In this document: one piece after another, positions 38,137 to 47,965 of the stretch
Position numbering within the stretch: position 1 is the stretch's first letter
Layout: each line of letters starts with the position of its first letter
Origin: Minisyncoccota bacterium
Lineage (GTDB): Bacteria > Patescibacteriota > Minisyncoccia > UBA6257 > 2-01-FULL-56-20
Direction: 5' to 3'
DNA: 64,000 nucleotides
Assembly: GCA_036510525.1 (NCBI GenBank)
Contig: DATCDU010000020.1
Coordinates: 246 to 64,245 of the forward strand
Position numbers and translations under genes: made by a program
Notes under the pieces: model-generated
What the model was told of the DNA's origin: nothing
The model's database searches: none
The model's input: only the letters and a program-made list of their open reading frames with translations

Positions 38137-39189
38137 ATGGAGATTGCGCTTCTCATCATCATCGCCGTCCTCTTCGCCGCGATCGCGTGGCGGCTTTGGC
38201 GGCCCTCGGTGGCCAAGAAAGAAGACACAGGGGCTCTTGTTATTCTTCAAAACCAGATTCAAGATCAACAAAAGCAGATGCAACAGCAAATGCAGGAACT
38301 TACCAGGACCCTTAACGCGGGATTGAATAATTCTACGAACACCGTCCTCTCACAAGCCAGCGAAAACAATAAAATAATAAAAGATATAACGGGCGAAATT
38401 ACCAAAGTAACAGAGGGTCAGAAACAGATCACCGCCATTACCGAACAATTAAAAAACCTTAACGATGTTTTAAAGAACACTAAGCAGCGCGGTATTTTAG
38501 GAGAATCTCTTTTGCAAAACACCCTTGAAAATGCCCTTTCTCCAGGGCAGTACCAATTGCAATATCCATTCAGTGATAATTCAAAGGTGGATGCAGTGAT
38601 TTTTTATCAAGAAAAAGTGATACCTATCGACTCAAAATTCAGTATGGAAAACTATAACCGGCTCGCCAGCCCGACAATAACTGATGAGGAGAAAAAACGA
38701 TACACGGATGCGTTGCGTGCGGATCTAAAAACTCGAATCGATGAGACCGCAAAATATATAAAGCCGAGTGAAAACACGGTTGATTTTGCATTTATGTTCA
38801 TCCCTTTTGAAGCCCTTTATTATGATCTTCTTGTTAATAAGATCGGCATGACCGCTGAGCGCGACCTCATTCAATATGCAGGGGAGAAACATGTGTATCC
38901 CGTGTCCCCTACAACATTCTATGTTTATCTTCAAATGGTTATTCAAGGTCTTCGTCAAATGCAAATCAATAAGTCAGCCCAGCAAATCATTAAAGGGGTG
39001 GACGAACTTCAGCGTCATCTTAATAAATATGAAGAATACCTCGAAAAAATCGGTACTCATCTTCAAACAACCGTGAATGCACACACCACCGCTTCAAAGG
39101 AATTCGGCAAGATTGAAAAGGATATTTTAAGAATCGGGAAAATACCCGGAGAAACTCCTGCGCTCACAGAAGGATCCGAAGGGGAATAA
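38137..39189 (+). CDS. rmuC: DNA recombination protein RmuC
   Basis: N-terminal TM, coiled coil, RGILGE, PIDSKF, KYI.P..T.DFAFMFIP.E, VSPTT. Confidence 0.92.
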   Translation: MEIALLIIIAVLFAAIAWRLWRPSVAKKEDTGALVILQNQIQDQQKQMQQQMQELTRTLNAGLNNSTNTVLSQASENNKIIKDITGEITKVTEGQKQITAITEQLKNLNDVLKNTKQRGILGESLLQNTLENALSPGQYQLQYPFSDNSKVDAVIFYQEKVIPIDSKFSMENYNRLASPTITDEEKKRYTDALRADLKTRIDETAKYIKPSENTVDFAFMFIPFEALYYDLLVNKIGMTAERDLIQYAGEKHVYPVSPTTFYVYLQMVIQGLRQMQINKSAQQIIKGVDELQRHLNKYEEYLEKIGTHLQTTVNAHTTASKEFGKIEKDILRIGKIPGETPALTEGSEGE

Positions 39190-39191
39190 TA

Positions 39192-40526
39192 CTAGCGCTT
39201 CCTTCTCCTCAAGAATGCCGGGATGTCCCACGCGTCATTGTCCTTTCCTGCCTGCTTTGCCGGTTCCGGCTTCTTATCCAAATTGCTCGGCGCAAGGTTC
39301 TTTTGCGCCATCATTTCGTCTGCCGATTCCTCACCACGGGCGTGGACGACGGGGGTCTTCGCGCTCGTGCCCGGTTCGCGCATAGGCGTGGATTGCTTGT
39401 TGACGATCATCGAGGCACCGCCGCTCGCGCTGGCCGATCCTTCGGCGGCCGCGCGGCCGAACATAACGCCGCCCTGCCTGCCCTCAAAATGTCCGGCGCC
39501 AAAGAGCGCGCCCGGCTGGCTGCCGTTGAAGCCTGCGGCTACGATCGTCACTTTGAGCTCGCCCGGCTTCATGTTGCGGTCGTGGTAAGCGCCGAAGATG
39601 ATCCGCGCGCCAGGGTCGGCGGTCTGCGCGACGATCTTTGCCGCATCGTTCACCTCCGTCATCCTGAGATCGCGGCTGCCCGTGATGCCGAGCAACACCG
39701 CTTTTGCACCTTCGGGGTTCGTCTCGAGGAGCGGCGAATGGAGCGCGGCGTTGACGGCTTTCACCGCACGGTCCGGGCCGCTCGCTTTGCCAACGCCGAC
39801 GATCGCGATTCCCGCATCCTGCATAATATTTTTCACGTCAGCGAAATCCACGTTGATGATACCCGGCATCGCGATGATTTCCACGAGACCCTTCAGCGCG
39901 TTGCGCAAAATTTCGTCGATCGCCTCAAACGCCTTCACGATCGGCGTATCCTTGCTGATGACGGTGAAGATCCGATCATTCGGCACGACGATGATCGCGT
40001 CCACTTTATCGCGCAACTTCATCAAGCTCTCATTTGCGATCCGCTCGCGCTGACTGCCTTCAAAGGTGAACGGCTTCGTGACGACCGCGATGGTGAGCGC
40101 GCCCGATTGCTTCGCCGCTTCGGCGACGATCGGCGTCGCGCCGGAGCCGGTGCCGCCGCCAAGTCCCGCGGCGAGGAACACAAGGTCCGCGCCCTGAACC
40201 GCTTCTGTGATCTCCGAGCGATTCTCTTCCGCAGCCTGGCGGCCAAGATCCGGATTCATGCCGGTTCCCAATCCACGCGTCAAACTTTTTCCAATATACA
40301 ATTTTGTCTTGACGTCACACTCATCCAAATCCTGATGGTCTGTGTTGATCGCGATGAAATCAACGCCGCGCGTGAAATCCTTCGCCATGCGCGCGACTGC
40401 GTTCCCGCCGCCGCCGCCGATGCCGATCACCTTTACGTTTGCTGATAACGGCTGAAACTTCTCACCTTGTTTTCTCGGTCTGCTGCTGCTCCCCGACCGA
40501 TGTGCTTTGCGCTTGGCCTTTTTCAT
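39192..40526 (-). CDS. ftsZ: Cell division protein FtsZ
   Basis: VIGIGGGGGNA, GGGTGSG, INVDFADV, DIPAFLR. Confidence 0.98.
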   Translation of the reverse strand: MKKAKRKAHRSGSSSRPRKQGEKFQPLSANVKVIGIGGGGGNAVARMAKDFTRGVDFIAINTDHQDLDECDVKTKLYIGKSLTRGLGTGMNPDLGRQAAEENRSEITEAVQGADLVFLAAGLGGGTGSGATPIVAEAAKQSGALTIAVVTKPFTFEGSQRERIANESLMKLRDKVDAIIVVPNDRIFTVISKDTPIVKAFEAIDEILRNALKGLVEIIAMPGIINVDFADVKNIMQDAGIAIVGVGKASGPDRAVKAVNAALHSPLLETNPEGAKAVLLGITGSRDLRMTEVNDAAKIVAQTADPGARIIFGAYHDRNMKPGELKVTIVAAGFNGSQPGALFGAGHFEGRQGGVMFGRAAAEGSASASGGASMIVNKQSTPMREPGTSAKTPVVHARGEESADEMMAQKNLAPSNLDKKPEPAKQAGKDNDAWDIPAFLRRRKR

Positions 40527-40592
40527 ATTAGTTCATGGAGTTTTAATGTTTCTACAATGGTAACAGAAATGACATCAATGGTTAAGTGCCAA

Positions 40593-41840
40593 TTACGGCG
40601 TAAAATAGCGGAAGAACTTCTTGAGGCCGGCGCCCGACGGCGTCCTGTCCCCGCCCCTGCCCTCGCTCTCCATTCCCCATAAAACAAGGCCAAAAGCGCT
40701 CACGAACTCCGGGTCTTCCAGATACTCCTTGAATCCACCGCCACGCCCTTCCCACTCATCGGCAAGCGTGAAGCCGATCTGCGCCGCCAACTTCATTTCT
40801 TGCTTGACGAGATCCGTAAGGCCCGGCAATTTCGCGCCGCCACCGACGAGCACCACGCCACCGGGCAGTTGTCCGAATTTCTCCATGAGCTTCAGCTCGT
40901 TGTTCACGAGATCAAAAATTTCCTCAAGCCGCGATTCCACGATCTCCGCGATGAACTTGCGCGAGACGGAACCCTTCGCGTCGTCGGCAAACTTTTTCAT
41001 ATCAACCGATTCCTTCGACGGCACTTCCTTTGAATATGCATATCCGTAATGGATCTTTATTTCCTCCGCCGCGTCAACAGGAACTTTCAACCCCACCGCG
41101 AGGTCGTTTGAAATATTTGCCGCGCCGACAGGGAATTTTGATACGCCGACCAGACGATCCTCTTCGTATACCGCGAGTCCGGTCGTGCCGAATCCGAGAT
41201 CTACGATCGCGGTGCCGAGATCGCGCTGGCGTTTGGATAGCGCAGCCTGCGCGGCGATGATCGGACCATAGCCAAGGCCGCTGATGTCGCCGCCAGAAAG
41301 TTCGATCGCGCGGATGAGCGTCTTGATATGCGGCGCAAACGCATCAATGATCAAGCTCTGCACTTCGAGACGGCTTCCGGAGAGTCCGAGCGGGTCGAGG
41401 ATATCTCCCACGCCGTCCACCATATATTCCTTCACGATCGTGTGGACGATAGTGCGATTCTGTGGGAGGTTCACCGCCTGGCTTGCACGGACGGCGCGGT
41501 CCATGTCGTCCTTCGCGATCTCCGCGTCCGCGCGCGAGACGGCGACGATGCCCCGCGAGGTCTGCATTTTGGCCTGCGGCGTGCCAATGCTCACATAAAT
41601 ATTGCGCAACGCCGCCTTTGAGATCTTTTTAACTTCCGAAAGCGCGCGATTGATCGCCTGCGAGGCCTCGCCAAGGTCAACGACAGCGCCTTTACGAATA
41701 CCAAACGACGGCTCCTCCCGGGCATACACAATAACGGGCTTGGCGTTGCGGCATTCCGCCACTACAATTTTGAGTGACGAAGTTCCCACGTCCAATCCCG
41801 TGATGAAATCCCCGCCTCCACCGATTCCCTTGAGCTTCAT
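40593..41840 (-). CDS. ftsA: Cell division protein FtsA
   Basis: GLDVGTS, VDLGFGTT, VLVGGGAKLPG; adjacent to ftsZ. Confidence 0.95.
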   Translation of the reverse strand: MKLKGIGGGGDFITGLDVGTSSLKIVVAECRNAKPVIVYAREEPSFGIRKGAVVDLGEASQAINRALSEVKKISKAALRNIYVSIGTPQAKMQTSRGIVAVSRADAEIAKDDMDRAVRASQAVNLPQNRTIVHTIVKEYMVDGVGDILDPLGLSGSRLEVQSLIIDAFAPHIKTLIRAIELSGGDISGLGYGPIIAAQAALSKRQRDLGTAIVDLGFGTTGLAVYEEDRLVGVSKFPVGAANISNDLAVGLKVPVDAAEEIKIHYGYAYSKEVPSKESVDMKKFADDAKGSVSRKFIAEIVESRLEEIFDLVNNELKLMEKFGQLPGGVVLVGGGAKLPGLTDLVKQEMKLAAQIGFTLADEWEGRGGGFKEYLEDPEFVSAFGLVLWGMESEGRGGDRTPSGAGLKKFFRYFTP

Positions 41841-41919
41841 ATGCTCTCATTCTATCAAGAAAACCCGGCTAAAGGAACTGTGTATACCTTACCGGTCAAC
41901 GTTGGCACGGAACCTCAAT

Positions 41920-42025
41920 TTGACATTCATAGAGCACCGAGTACTATGGATATCAAGCTGGCAAGATGACGGGTGCCGCGAGCACCATTAAACAAAATCC
42001 GCTTGAAAGAGCGGTTTTTGTTTTC
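41920..42025 (+). ncRNA. Candidate ~75-nt small RNA with promoter and terminator
   Basis: TTGACA(41920)-N16-TACTAT(41942); hairpin GGTGC/GCACC; terminator 41990-42025 shared with convergent ybeY. Confidence 0.4.
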
Positions 42026-42029
42026 TTGC

Positions 42030-42401
42030 TTATAGTTTCGCCAAAATCTTTTTCTCCAATCCCTCCATTTTCACTATATCTGACTTCTTTTTATGATCGT
42101 ATCCAAGCAGGTGCAGGACGCCATGCAGTAATAGACCTTTCGCACGCCCCGGCGATTTTTTTAGAATGTCACGGTTCAGGTAGACTTCACCCAGATATCT
42201 CTTTTTTGTCTCGGGATGTGGAAAGTGCGCGGGCTCGGGGAATGAGAGCACATTCGGCTCCGTACGCTGCTTTATAAAGCGCGCCTTCAGTGCTGCGATC
42301 TTTACATTGTTCAAAAGTATAATATCCAAAGTCGCGCCGTGAATCTTGAGCGTCTTCAGAATCTTTTGCGCCAGGCGCGAAAGCTTAGGCTCGTTCCACA
42401 T
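42030..42401 (-). CDS. ybeY: rRNA maturation RNase YbeY
   Basis: NVLSFP; LGEVYL; HGVLHLLGYDH. Confidence 0.9.
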   Translation of the reverse strand: MWNEPKLSRLAQKILKTLKIHGATLDIILLNNVKIAALKARFIKQRTEPNVLSFPEPAHFPHPETKKRYLGEVYLNRDILKKSPGRAKGLLLHGVLHLLGYDHKKKSDIVKMEGLEKKILAKL

Positions 42402-42834
42402 CGCGGATGACGTCCCCCACTGCCTTACCATCGGCGCGTCCTTTTGCGAGCTTCATCACTTCTTTCATGATCGAGCTAAAGTCATTCGCACCATTCTCTT
42501 TTGCCGCCTTCACCATTGCGACGATCTCGTCATGCGAAAGCTCTGCGGGTAAATATTCAAAGAGCACTTTCAGATCACCCTCTTCTTTCGCTACCAGGTC
42601 GTCGCGCTTTCCCTGCTTAAAGAGCTCTATCGAATCCTTGCGCTTCTTGGCTTCTTTTTGGAGGATCGTTATCACTTCTTCATCGCTCAACGTTGCCTGC
42701 GGATCCTTCAGCGTCTTTTCTTTCTGCGCAGGGTTCAAACTGGCGAGAGTAAAACGCAACACCTCAAGGCGCGTCTTATCACCGCTTTTCATGGCGGCCT
42801 TCATGTCATCGTTTATTTTTTGGAAGAGGGGCAT
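42385..42834 (-). CDS. yqeY: GatB/YqeY domain protein
   Basis: DMKAAMKSGD..KEAKKRKDSIELF..YLP..GRADG. Confidence 0.9.
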   Translation of the reverse strand: MPLFQKINDDMKAAMKSGDKTRLEVLRFTLASLNPAQKEKTLKDPQATLSDEEVITILQKEAKKRKDSIELFKQGKRDDLVAKEEGDLKVLFEYLPAELSHDEIVAMVKAAKENGANDFSSIMKEVMKLAKGRADGKAVGDVIRDVERA

Positions 42835-43050
42835 TTATATCAAACCAAGCTTCTTCTGGCGTTCCACATCGGCCTTCTTTTCCTCGCGGTGGATCGCCGA
42901 GGAGCGGCGCTTGATGCGGCTGATCGTCCGGGTGTGGAACTTGCGATGGCGGACCTCTTTAACGATGCCGCTCCGCTTCACTTTGCGCGTGAAGGTATAC
43001 AAAAGCGACTGGCCCGACTCCCCTTCTTTCTTCCGTGCTTCTATTGCCAT
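42835..43050 (-). CDS. rpsU: 30S ribosomal protein bS21
   Basis: MAIEARKKEGES..FTRKVKRSGIVKEVR; typical rpsU-yqeY context. Confidence 0.8.
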   Translation of the reverse strand: MAIEARKKEGESGQSLLYTFTRKVKRSGIVKEVRHRKFHTRTISRIKRRSSAIHREEKKADVERQKKLGLI

Positions 43051-43171
43051 GGAAGACAGTATATCCAATAAGAAGCACCTTTGCAAGTAGACGAGGACGA
43101 GTGCCTAAAAATCATTAAATATCGATTAAAAACTTTTTGACATTCGTACTGCGCGACGTATCCTTAGTGGC

Positions 43172-43492
43172 ATGATAAAAACAAAAAGGAAGGGTGATGA
43201 AATGGTCACGAAGGAAATGTTCCAGAAAGTCTTTCATAAGGGAATCGGCGATCTTGCGATCCTTATTAACAAGAGCTTCGTCGGGATAGAATCCCGTATG
43301 GCTAAGCAGGAGGACCTGCTTGAACTCACGAGGCGAGTGGATAAATTGGAAAAATATGCGGAAAACCGTTTTGACGATCTTGCGCGCGAATTGAGAGAGA
43401 TCCGTCACGAAATTAAGGAGGTGGACACTCGCGCAGATGTCGTGGATTTACAACTCCGCGTCAATAAACTAGAGAAGAAAATGGGCATGTAG
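43172..43492 (+). CDS. Small coiled-coil hypothetical protein
   Basis: Heptad pattern; promoter TTGACA-N16-TATCCT at 43137. Confidence 0.7.
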   Translation: MIKTKRKGDEMVTKEMFQKVFHKGIGDLAILINKSFVGIESRMAKQEDLLELTRRVDKLEKYAENRFDDLARELREIRHEIKEVDTRADVVDLQLRVNKLEKKMGM

Positions 43493-43506
43493 AAATAAGT
43501 GCACGG

Positions 43507-44829
43507 TTATTTCTGCCGCTTTTTTATTTCCTCCGCCAGCTTCTCCAGTGGCACGGCTTCCTGTAAACCGTTCACGAGGTCACGGACGATGATGCTGTTC
43601 TCGTAGATCTCCTTCTGGCCAAGGATCAGCGCGAGCGCGATCCCTTCACGGTCCGCCACTTTCAACTGCGCGGCGAGCGATTCCTTCGAGAGCGACTCGG
43701 ACACCAAAAATCCGCGGCCGCGAAGATCCTTCAAAATAGCGAACGCTTTTTTCTTGGCAAGGTCGCCCGCGTGCGCGAGGAATACGCGCTTGCCGGACTT
43801 CCCATTCATCGGGATCTCCTTGGCGCGCATGACGGCGATCAGCCGCTCCACGCCGCACGCGCCGCCGACGGCGGGCGTCAGGTGGCCACCGATCGTTTCC
43901 ATAAGATAGTCGTAGCGGCCGCCGGCAGGCAGGGCGCCGATCTGCGCCTCGGTCCCTTCGGCGTACATCTCGAACACCGTGCGGCTGTAGTAGTCCAACC
44001 CGCGCACCAGATGATGGTCAAGCTCGTACGGAATGTTCACTTCGTCCAGATATTCCAGCACCAATTTGAAGTGCGCGCTGCAGGTCACGCAGATCTTGTC
44101 GAGAAAATTCGGCGCTTTCGCTTTCAGCTCGACACACCCGGGTTCTTTGCAATCCAACAGTTTGAGCGGGTTGACCTTCAACCGGCGCTGACAATCCTCG
44201 CAGAGCTGTTTTTCATGATTCTTATAATAGGTCGTGAGCTGCTTTTTATAGATCGGGCGGCAGATGCGGCAGCCGATCGAATTGATCTTTACAAGCGATC
44301 CTTTGATCTTGAGCTCGTTCAGTAAGTCCCAAAAAAATGCGATGATCTCCGCATCGTAGATCGGATCATTCACGCCGCCCAGCGTCTCAAGATTGATTTG
44401 AGTGAACTGCCGCAGGCGGCCGAGTTGGGGACGCTCGTGGCGGAAGAGTGGTCCCATCGCAAACAGTTTCTGTGGCTGGCCAAGCCGCGAGAGCCCGTGC
44501 TGCATGTACGCGCGCGAAATGCCCGGCGTGTATTCCGGCCGCAGCGCCAGAAAATCGCCGCCCTTTGTTTTGAGCGTATACATCTCTTTTTGCACCACGT
44601 CGCTCTCCTCACCCGAGGTCTTATTATAGAGCTCCGCGAACTCAAGTATCGGGGGCTCGATCCGTGAGAATCCGTATGAAGTGGCGAGTGATCGCGCCAC
44701 GCTCTCGATTTTATCCCAGTAGGGCTCGTCGGAGGGCAGCACGTCGTGCATCCCTTTCGCCGACTGGAAGGTGCGAATCACTTCCTTAGGTTCCCTAGGC
44801 TTTTCTTTTTCTTGTTTAGGTGTGGGCAT
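43507..44829 (-). CDS. hisS: Histidine--tRNA ligase
   Basis: KGMHD, LRPEYT, FRHERPQ.GR.RQF, LVRGLDYY, GGRYD. Confidence 0.97.
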   Translation of the reverse strand: MPTPKQEKEKPREPKEVIRTFQSAKGMHDVLPSDEPYWDKIESVARSLATSYGFSRIEPPILEFAELYNKTSGEESDVVQKEMYTLKTKGGDFLALRPEYTPGISRAYMQHGLSRLGQPQKLFAMGPLFRHERPQLGRLRQFTQINLETLGGVNDPIYDAEIIAFFWDLLNELKIKGSLVKINSIGCRICRPIYKKQLTTYYKNHEKQLCEDCQRRLKVNPLKLLDCKEPGCVELKAKAPNFLDKICVTCSAHFKLVLEYLDEVNIPYELDHHLVRGLDYYSRTVFEMYAEGTEAQIGALPAGGRYDYLMETIGGHLTPAVGGACGVERLIAVMRAKEIPMNGKSGKRVFLAHAGDLAKKKAFAILKDLRGRGFLVSESLSKESLAAQLKVADREGIALALILGQKEIYENSIIVRDLVNGLQEAVPLEKLAEEIKKRQK

Positions 44830-44837
44830 AATGATCG

Positions 44838-45389
44838 CTACTGATATTGAGGAGCGCTGAATATTTTGATCGCGTTGAGAGGCCAGAGGCGGAAGCGCAC
44901 GAGTCCCACGATATCACTTGCCGGGAGCGGACCCCAACTGCGGGAGTCATAGCTCACCGCGCGGTTATCGCCCATCATAAAGTACGAGCTCGATGAAAGC
45001 GTGACGGTCTCATCCCCCGCCGTGATCGTGCCCGGGGGCAGATAGGTCTCGTTCAACACGAATCCATTCGGGTTCTGCTTGTTCTCGATGGTGACCGTGT
45101 TGTTCTTGATGATCACGGTCTCGCCGGGCAGGCCGATGACGCGCTTGATAAGATAGGTGGACGGGTCGCTCACATCATGGAACACCACGACCTCACCGCG
45201 CTCCGGCGGCCGGATGCGGAAGGTCAGTTCGTCGGTCAGCACGTAATCGCCGTTGGAGAACGTGGGAACCATGCTCGTACCGCTCACGAGGAATGGCTGC
45301 ACCAAGAATGTCCGGACGATGAACACTGCCGCAACGGCAATGATGGCGATCTCCAATACCTCAAGCAGCGACGCGAAGAACTTTCTCAT
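44838..45389 (-). CDS. lepB: Signal peptidase I
   Basis: SGTSMVPT, IKRVIGLPGE, GDNR..SYDSR.WG. Confidence 0.96.
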   Translation of the reverse strand: MRKFFASLLEVLEIAIIAVAAVFIVRTFLVQPFLVSGTSMVPTFSNGDYVLTDELTFRIRPPERGEVVVFHDVSDPSTYLIKRVIGLPGETVIIKNNTVTIENKQNPNGFVLNETYLPPGTITAGDETVTLSSSSYFMMGDNRAVSYDSRSWGPLPASDIVGLVRFRLWPLNAIKIFSAPQYQ

Positions 45390-45436
45390 GGGTTAAGTGT
45401 ACTCATTATATAGAAGATGTAATACAATAATCAAGC

Positions 45437-45976
45437 ATGGATCAAACACTCATTATCGGGCTCGGAAATCCCGATCCGGCACTCGAGAGCACCTACCATA
45501 ACGTGGGCACCCTTGCGGTGCAATGGATCGCAGAGCACGCGGATGTGGATGGGCCCGGAATGCCCGCACTAAAGTTCCGTGCCCACAAAGATATTTTTGA
45601 ATATGCCAAGACGAGAGACGGCATACTGATCCGGCCGCTCGTCTTCATGAACGAATCAGGTCGGGCGGTAAAGGATGCGATGCATGTTTTCGGGGCGAGC
45701 ACAAAAGATATCATCATCATCCACGACGACAGCGACATCCCGGTCGGCGAGTTCAAGCGTGCGGAGGGTGGCGGTTCGGCCGGACACAACGGCATTAATT
45801 CCATCATCGATCACCTCCATACCGAGGACTTCGCACGCATCCGCATCGGCATCCGGGAGAAGGACGAGGGGCACCGCAAAAAAGCCGGTGACTTCGTATT
45901 GTCACCCATCACCCCCGCAGACAAAAAAACCTTCGAGGAGGTTTTCGGAAAAATAGCCGTGTCGTTGCGGGGCTAG
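45437..45976 (+). CDS. pth: Peptidyl-tRNA hydrolase
   Basis: IGLGNP, HNVG, FMNESG, HDD, GHNG, RIRIGI. Confidence 0.95.
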   Translation: MDQTLIIGLGNPDPALESTYHNVGTLAVQWIAEHADVDGPGMPALKFRAHKDIFEYAKTRDGILIRPLVFMNESGRAVKDAMHVFGASTKDIIIIHDDSDIPVGEFKRAEGGGSAGHNGINSIIDHLHTEDFARIRIGIREKDEGHRKKAGDFVLSPITPADKKTFEEVFGKIAVSLRG

Positions 45977-47499
45977 AATGATCTTCCCAACGGGAACGTC
46001 ATGGAGAACGTATATCCGCTCCCTCCGGTGTTCTGTTGGATGTTAAGCAGTGGAAGGGTCACTGTGCCGAAATGCGGATCGTTCTGGATCGCGTTCTTGA
46101 ATGAAGCGATGTCACTCGTCGTCGGAGCCAGCCCGGAAACGAGGATGGGCGTGCCCGCTGATTGGAAGGAGATCTGATTGATGTTTATACTGTTCGCCGA
46201 TGCGATGGTGTTGATATCGGCGATCAATAGATAATTATTGCTGATCTGGCCTTCGGCGTTCGCCGCCAGCGCGACCGACTGGTTGAACACCGTCGAGGAG
46301 GCCTCAAGGGCCCCCACCTGCGAGGCCTCCGCGCCCGCCTGCGTGAACGCCGACTCCGCCTCGATGCCGGAACGTATCGTATTCAAGAAACTGTCGGCAA
46401 GAATGAGCACGATGACGAGGAATCCCAATACCGTGGGGACGAGCACGCGCCACAAGTTCATAAAATTCACCAACCGCTCCTCGTGGAAAGTATCAAGGGC
46501 GCCGTCGCCGGAGAGGTTGATCTCTTTATCCCTCATGTTCGCGTTGATCCCCCGCAAAGCGCATCCGAGCGCCACGAACCACTCCGGAGACGCTTCTGTT
46601 CCCGCTGGCATGGCCAAGGGAACGACCGGCAGCGGTATCGATGCCGCAACCGCTTCCGCCGCTTCCTTCTCAAACGCCACCGCGGAAATGACGACCCCGG
46701 CGAGCGGATCGGGCCACCGCTGGCCATAAAAATTCACCACCTGCCTCAGGCTTGCCGCAAGAACATCCTCGAATTTTTTCACCGATATCTGTCCTTTCTC
46801 GTCGGCAATATCGCCCCACTGGTTTGCATATTCAAAATACAGATGGCCTTTCCGCACGATGAGAAAGTCTATTCCGGAATTGTCGATGTCGAGCAAAAGG
46901 TACGACTTGCCCGCCTGCATCTCCGTCGTTTTTTCACGTATGTAGCGCACGAGCGCGAGCGCGCGGGACTCTACACCAACCGTCACAAAACCTCCAGCGT
47001 AGAGTGCCTGCACCATCTCATCCACAATGCCCTTATCCGCGAACGCGGCGACGATCTCCAGCCGGAGGCCCGACTCGTCATGCCCCAAAAGCTGCCACCC
47101 GTAATACATATGAGCTACGTCCGCCGGGGAGACCATCTGCACGTTCAGGCCGATCGCCTTATCAAGATCGTCGCCTTCTGCCATGAGCGGCAGCGTGAAC
47201 ACCTGGCTGTACATATTGACGGAGCTCAAAGAAACGATGACGTTCATCTTCTTATCTTTCTTCCGCCCAGACGGCACCTTGGAGCGCAACTCCTTGAGCG
47301 CCGCGCCGAACGCGGCGGCGTCAAGTATCTTTCCTTTTTCAAGCACGCCCGGCGCAAGGCGCACGGCCTCCGTTTTCCATTTGCCCCCTTCGTCATAGAC
47401 GAACCGCAGCACCTGATCGCTCACCTCAAGGCCGCCGGCGGTCGAGCGGATCCGTAGGATGGAAAGTAATTTTTGAAAATACGATTTGATGAGTTGCAT
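45973..47499 (-). CDS. PilM-PilN-like fusion protein
   Basis: Actin-like N-terminus (GGLEVSD..LLLDID..ALGCALRG), then INL, a TM and a PilN-like domain. Confidence 0.75.
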   Translation of the reverse strand: MQLIKSYFQKLLSILRIRSTAGGLEVSDQVLRFVYDEGGKWKTEAVRLAPGVLEKGKILDAAAFGAALKELRSKVPSGRKKDKKMNVIVSLSSVNMYSQVFTLPLMAEGDDLDKAIGLNVQMVSPADVAHMYYGWQLLGHDESGLRLEIVAAFADKGIVDEMVQALYAGGFVTVGVESRALALVRYIREKTTEMQAGKSYLLLDIDNSGIDFLIVRKGHLYFEYANQWGDIADEKGQISVKKFEDVLAASLRQVVNFYGQRWPDPLAGVVISAVAFEKEAAEAVAASIPLPVVPLAMPAGTEASPEWFVALGCALRGINANMRDKEINLSGDGALDTFHEERLVNFMNLWRVLVPTVLGFLVIVLILADSFLNTIRSGIEAESAFTQAGAEASQVGALEASSTVFNQSVALAANAEGQISNNYLLIADINTIASANSININQISFQSAGTPILVSGLAPTTSDIASFKNAIQNDPHFGTVTLPLLNIQQNTGGSGYTFSMTFPLGRSF

Positions 47500-47517
47500 G
47501 GGATCTTATCAGATGAT

Positions 47518-47934
47518 CTATTGAACCTCGGTCCACGAGACGATGTTGATCGCCCCCGTGGAAGCATTCTCCGAAACTATGATTTGGATCTTTTTTGTAT
47601 GAAAGCTGACGGTCGCCGCGGAAAGGATCGTTGCCTCTCCCGACGCGGGCGAATTCTGCGTCACCGTAACCTCTGCCGTCGTGGATGTGCCGACAGCCAC
47701 TGAATATCCCGATGGGTTGGAAAATTGTGAATCCCGATCGAGCTGCAGTAGACCGTCCTCGGCGCCCGCCGTCGCTGCGGATTCCGCGTTGAACGCCGCC
47801 GCGACGCCATATCCCGTATCCAATGACGTTACCGCAAAGAACGCGATCAGGAGTCCCGCCACCGTGACGATTCCTCCGATGAACAACACAACAGCTAAAA
47901 ACGTCTGGCCCTTGTTAAAGGATAGATGCTCCAT
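47518..47934 (-). CDS. PilX-like minor pilin
   Basis: KG|QTFL hydrophobic N-terminus; AESAATAGAEDGLL; ends in WTEV. Confidence 0.7.
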   Translation of the reverse strand: MEHLSFNKGQTFLAVVLFIGGIVTVAGLLIAFFAVTSLDTGYGVAAAFNAESAATAGAEDGLLQLDRDSQFSNPSGYSVAVGTSTTAEVTVTQNSPASGEATILSAATVSFHTKKIQIIVSENASTGAINIVSWTEVQ

Positions 47935-47965
47935 CCCTATTATTATACCCTATGATCCCCTAGGA

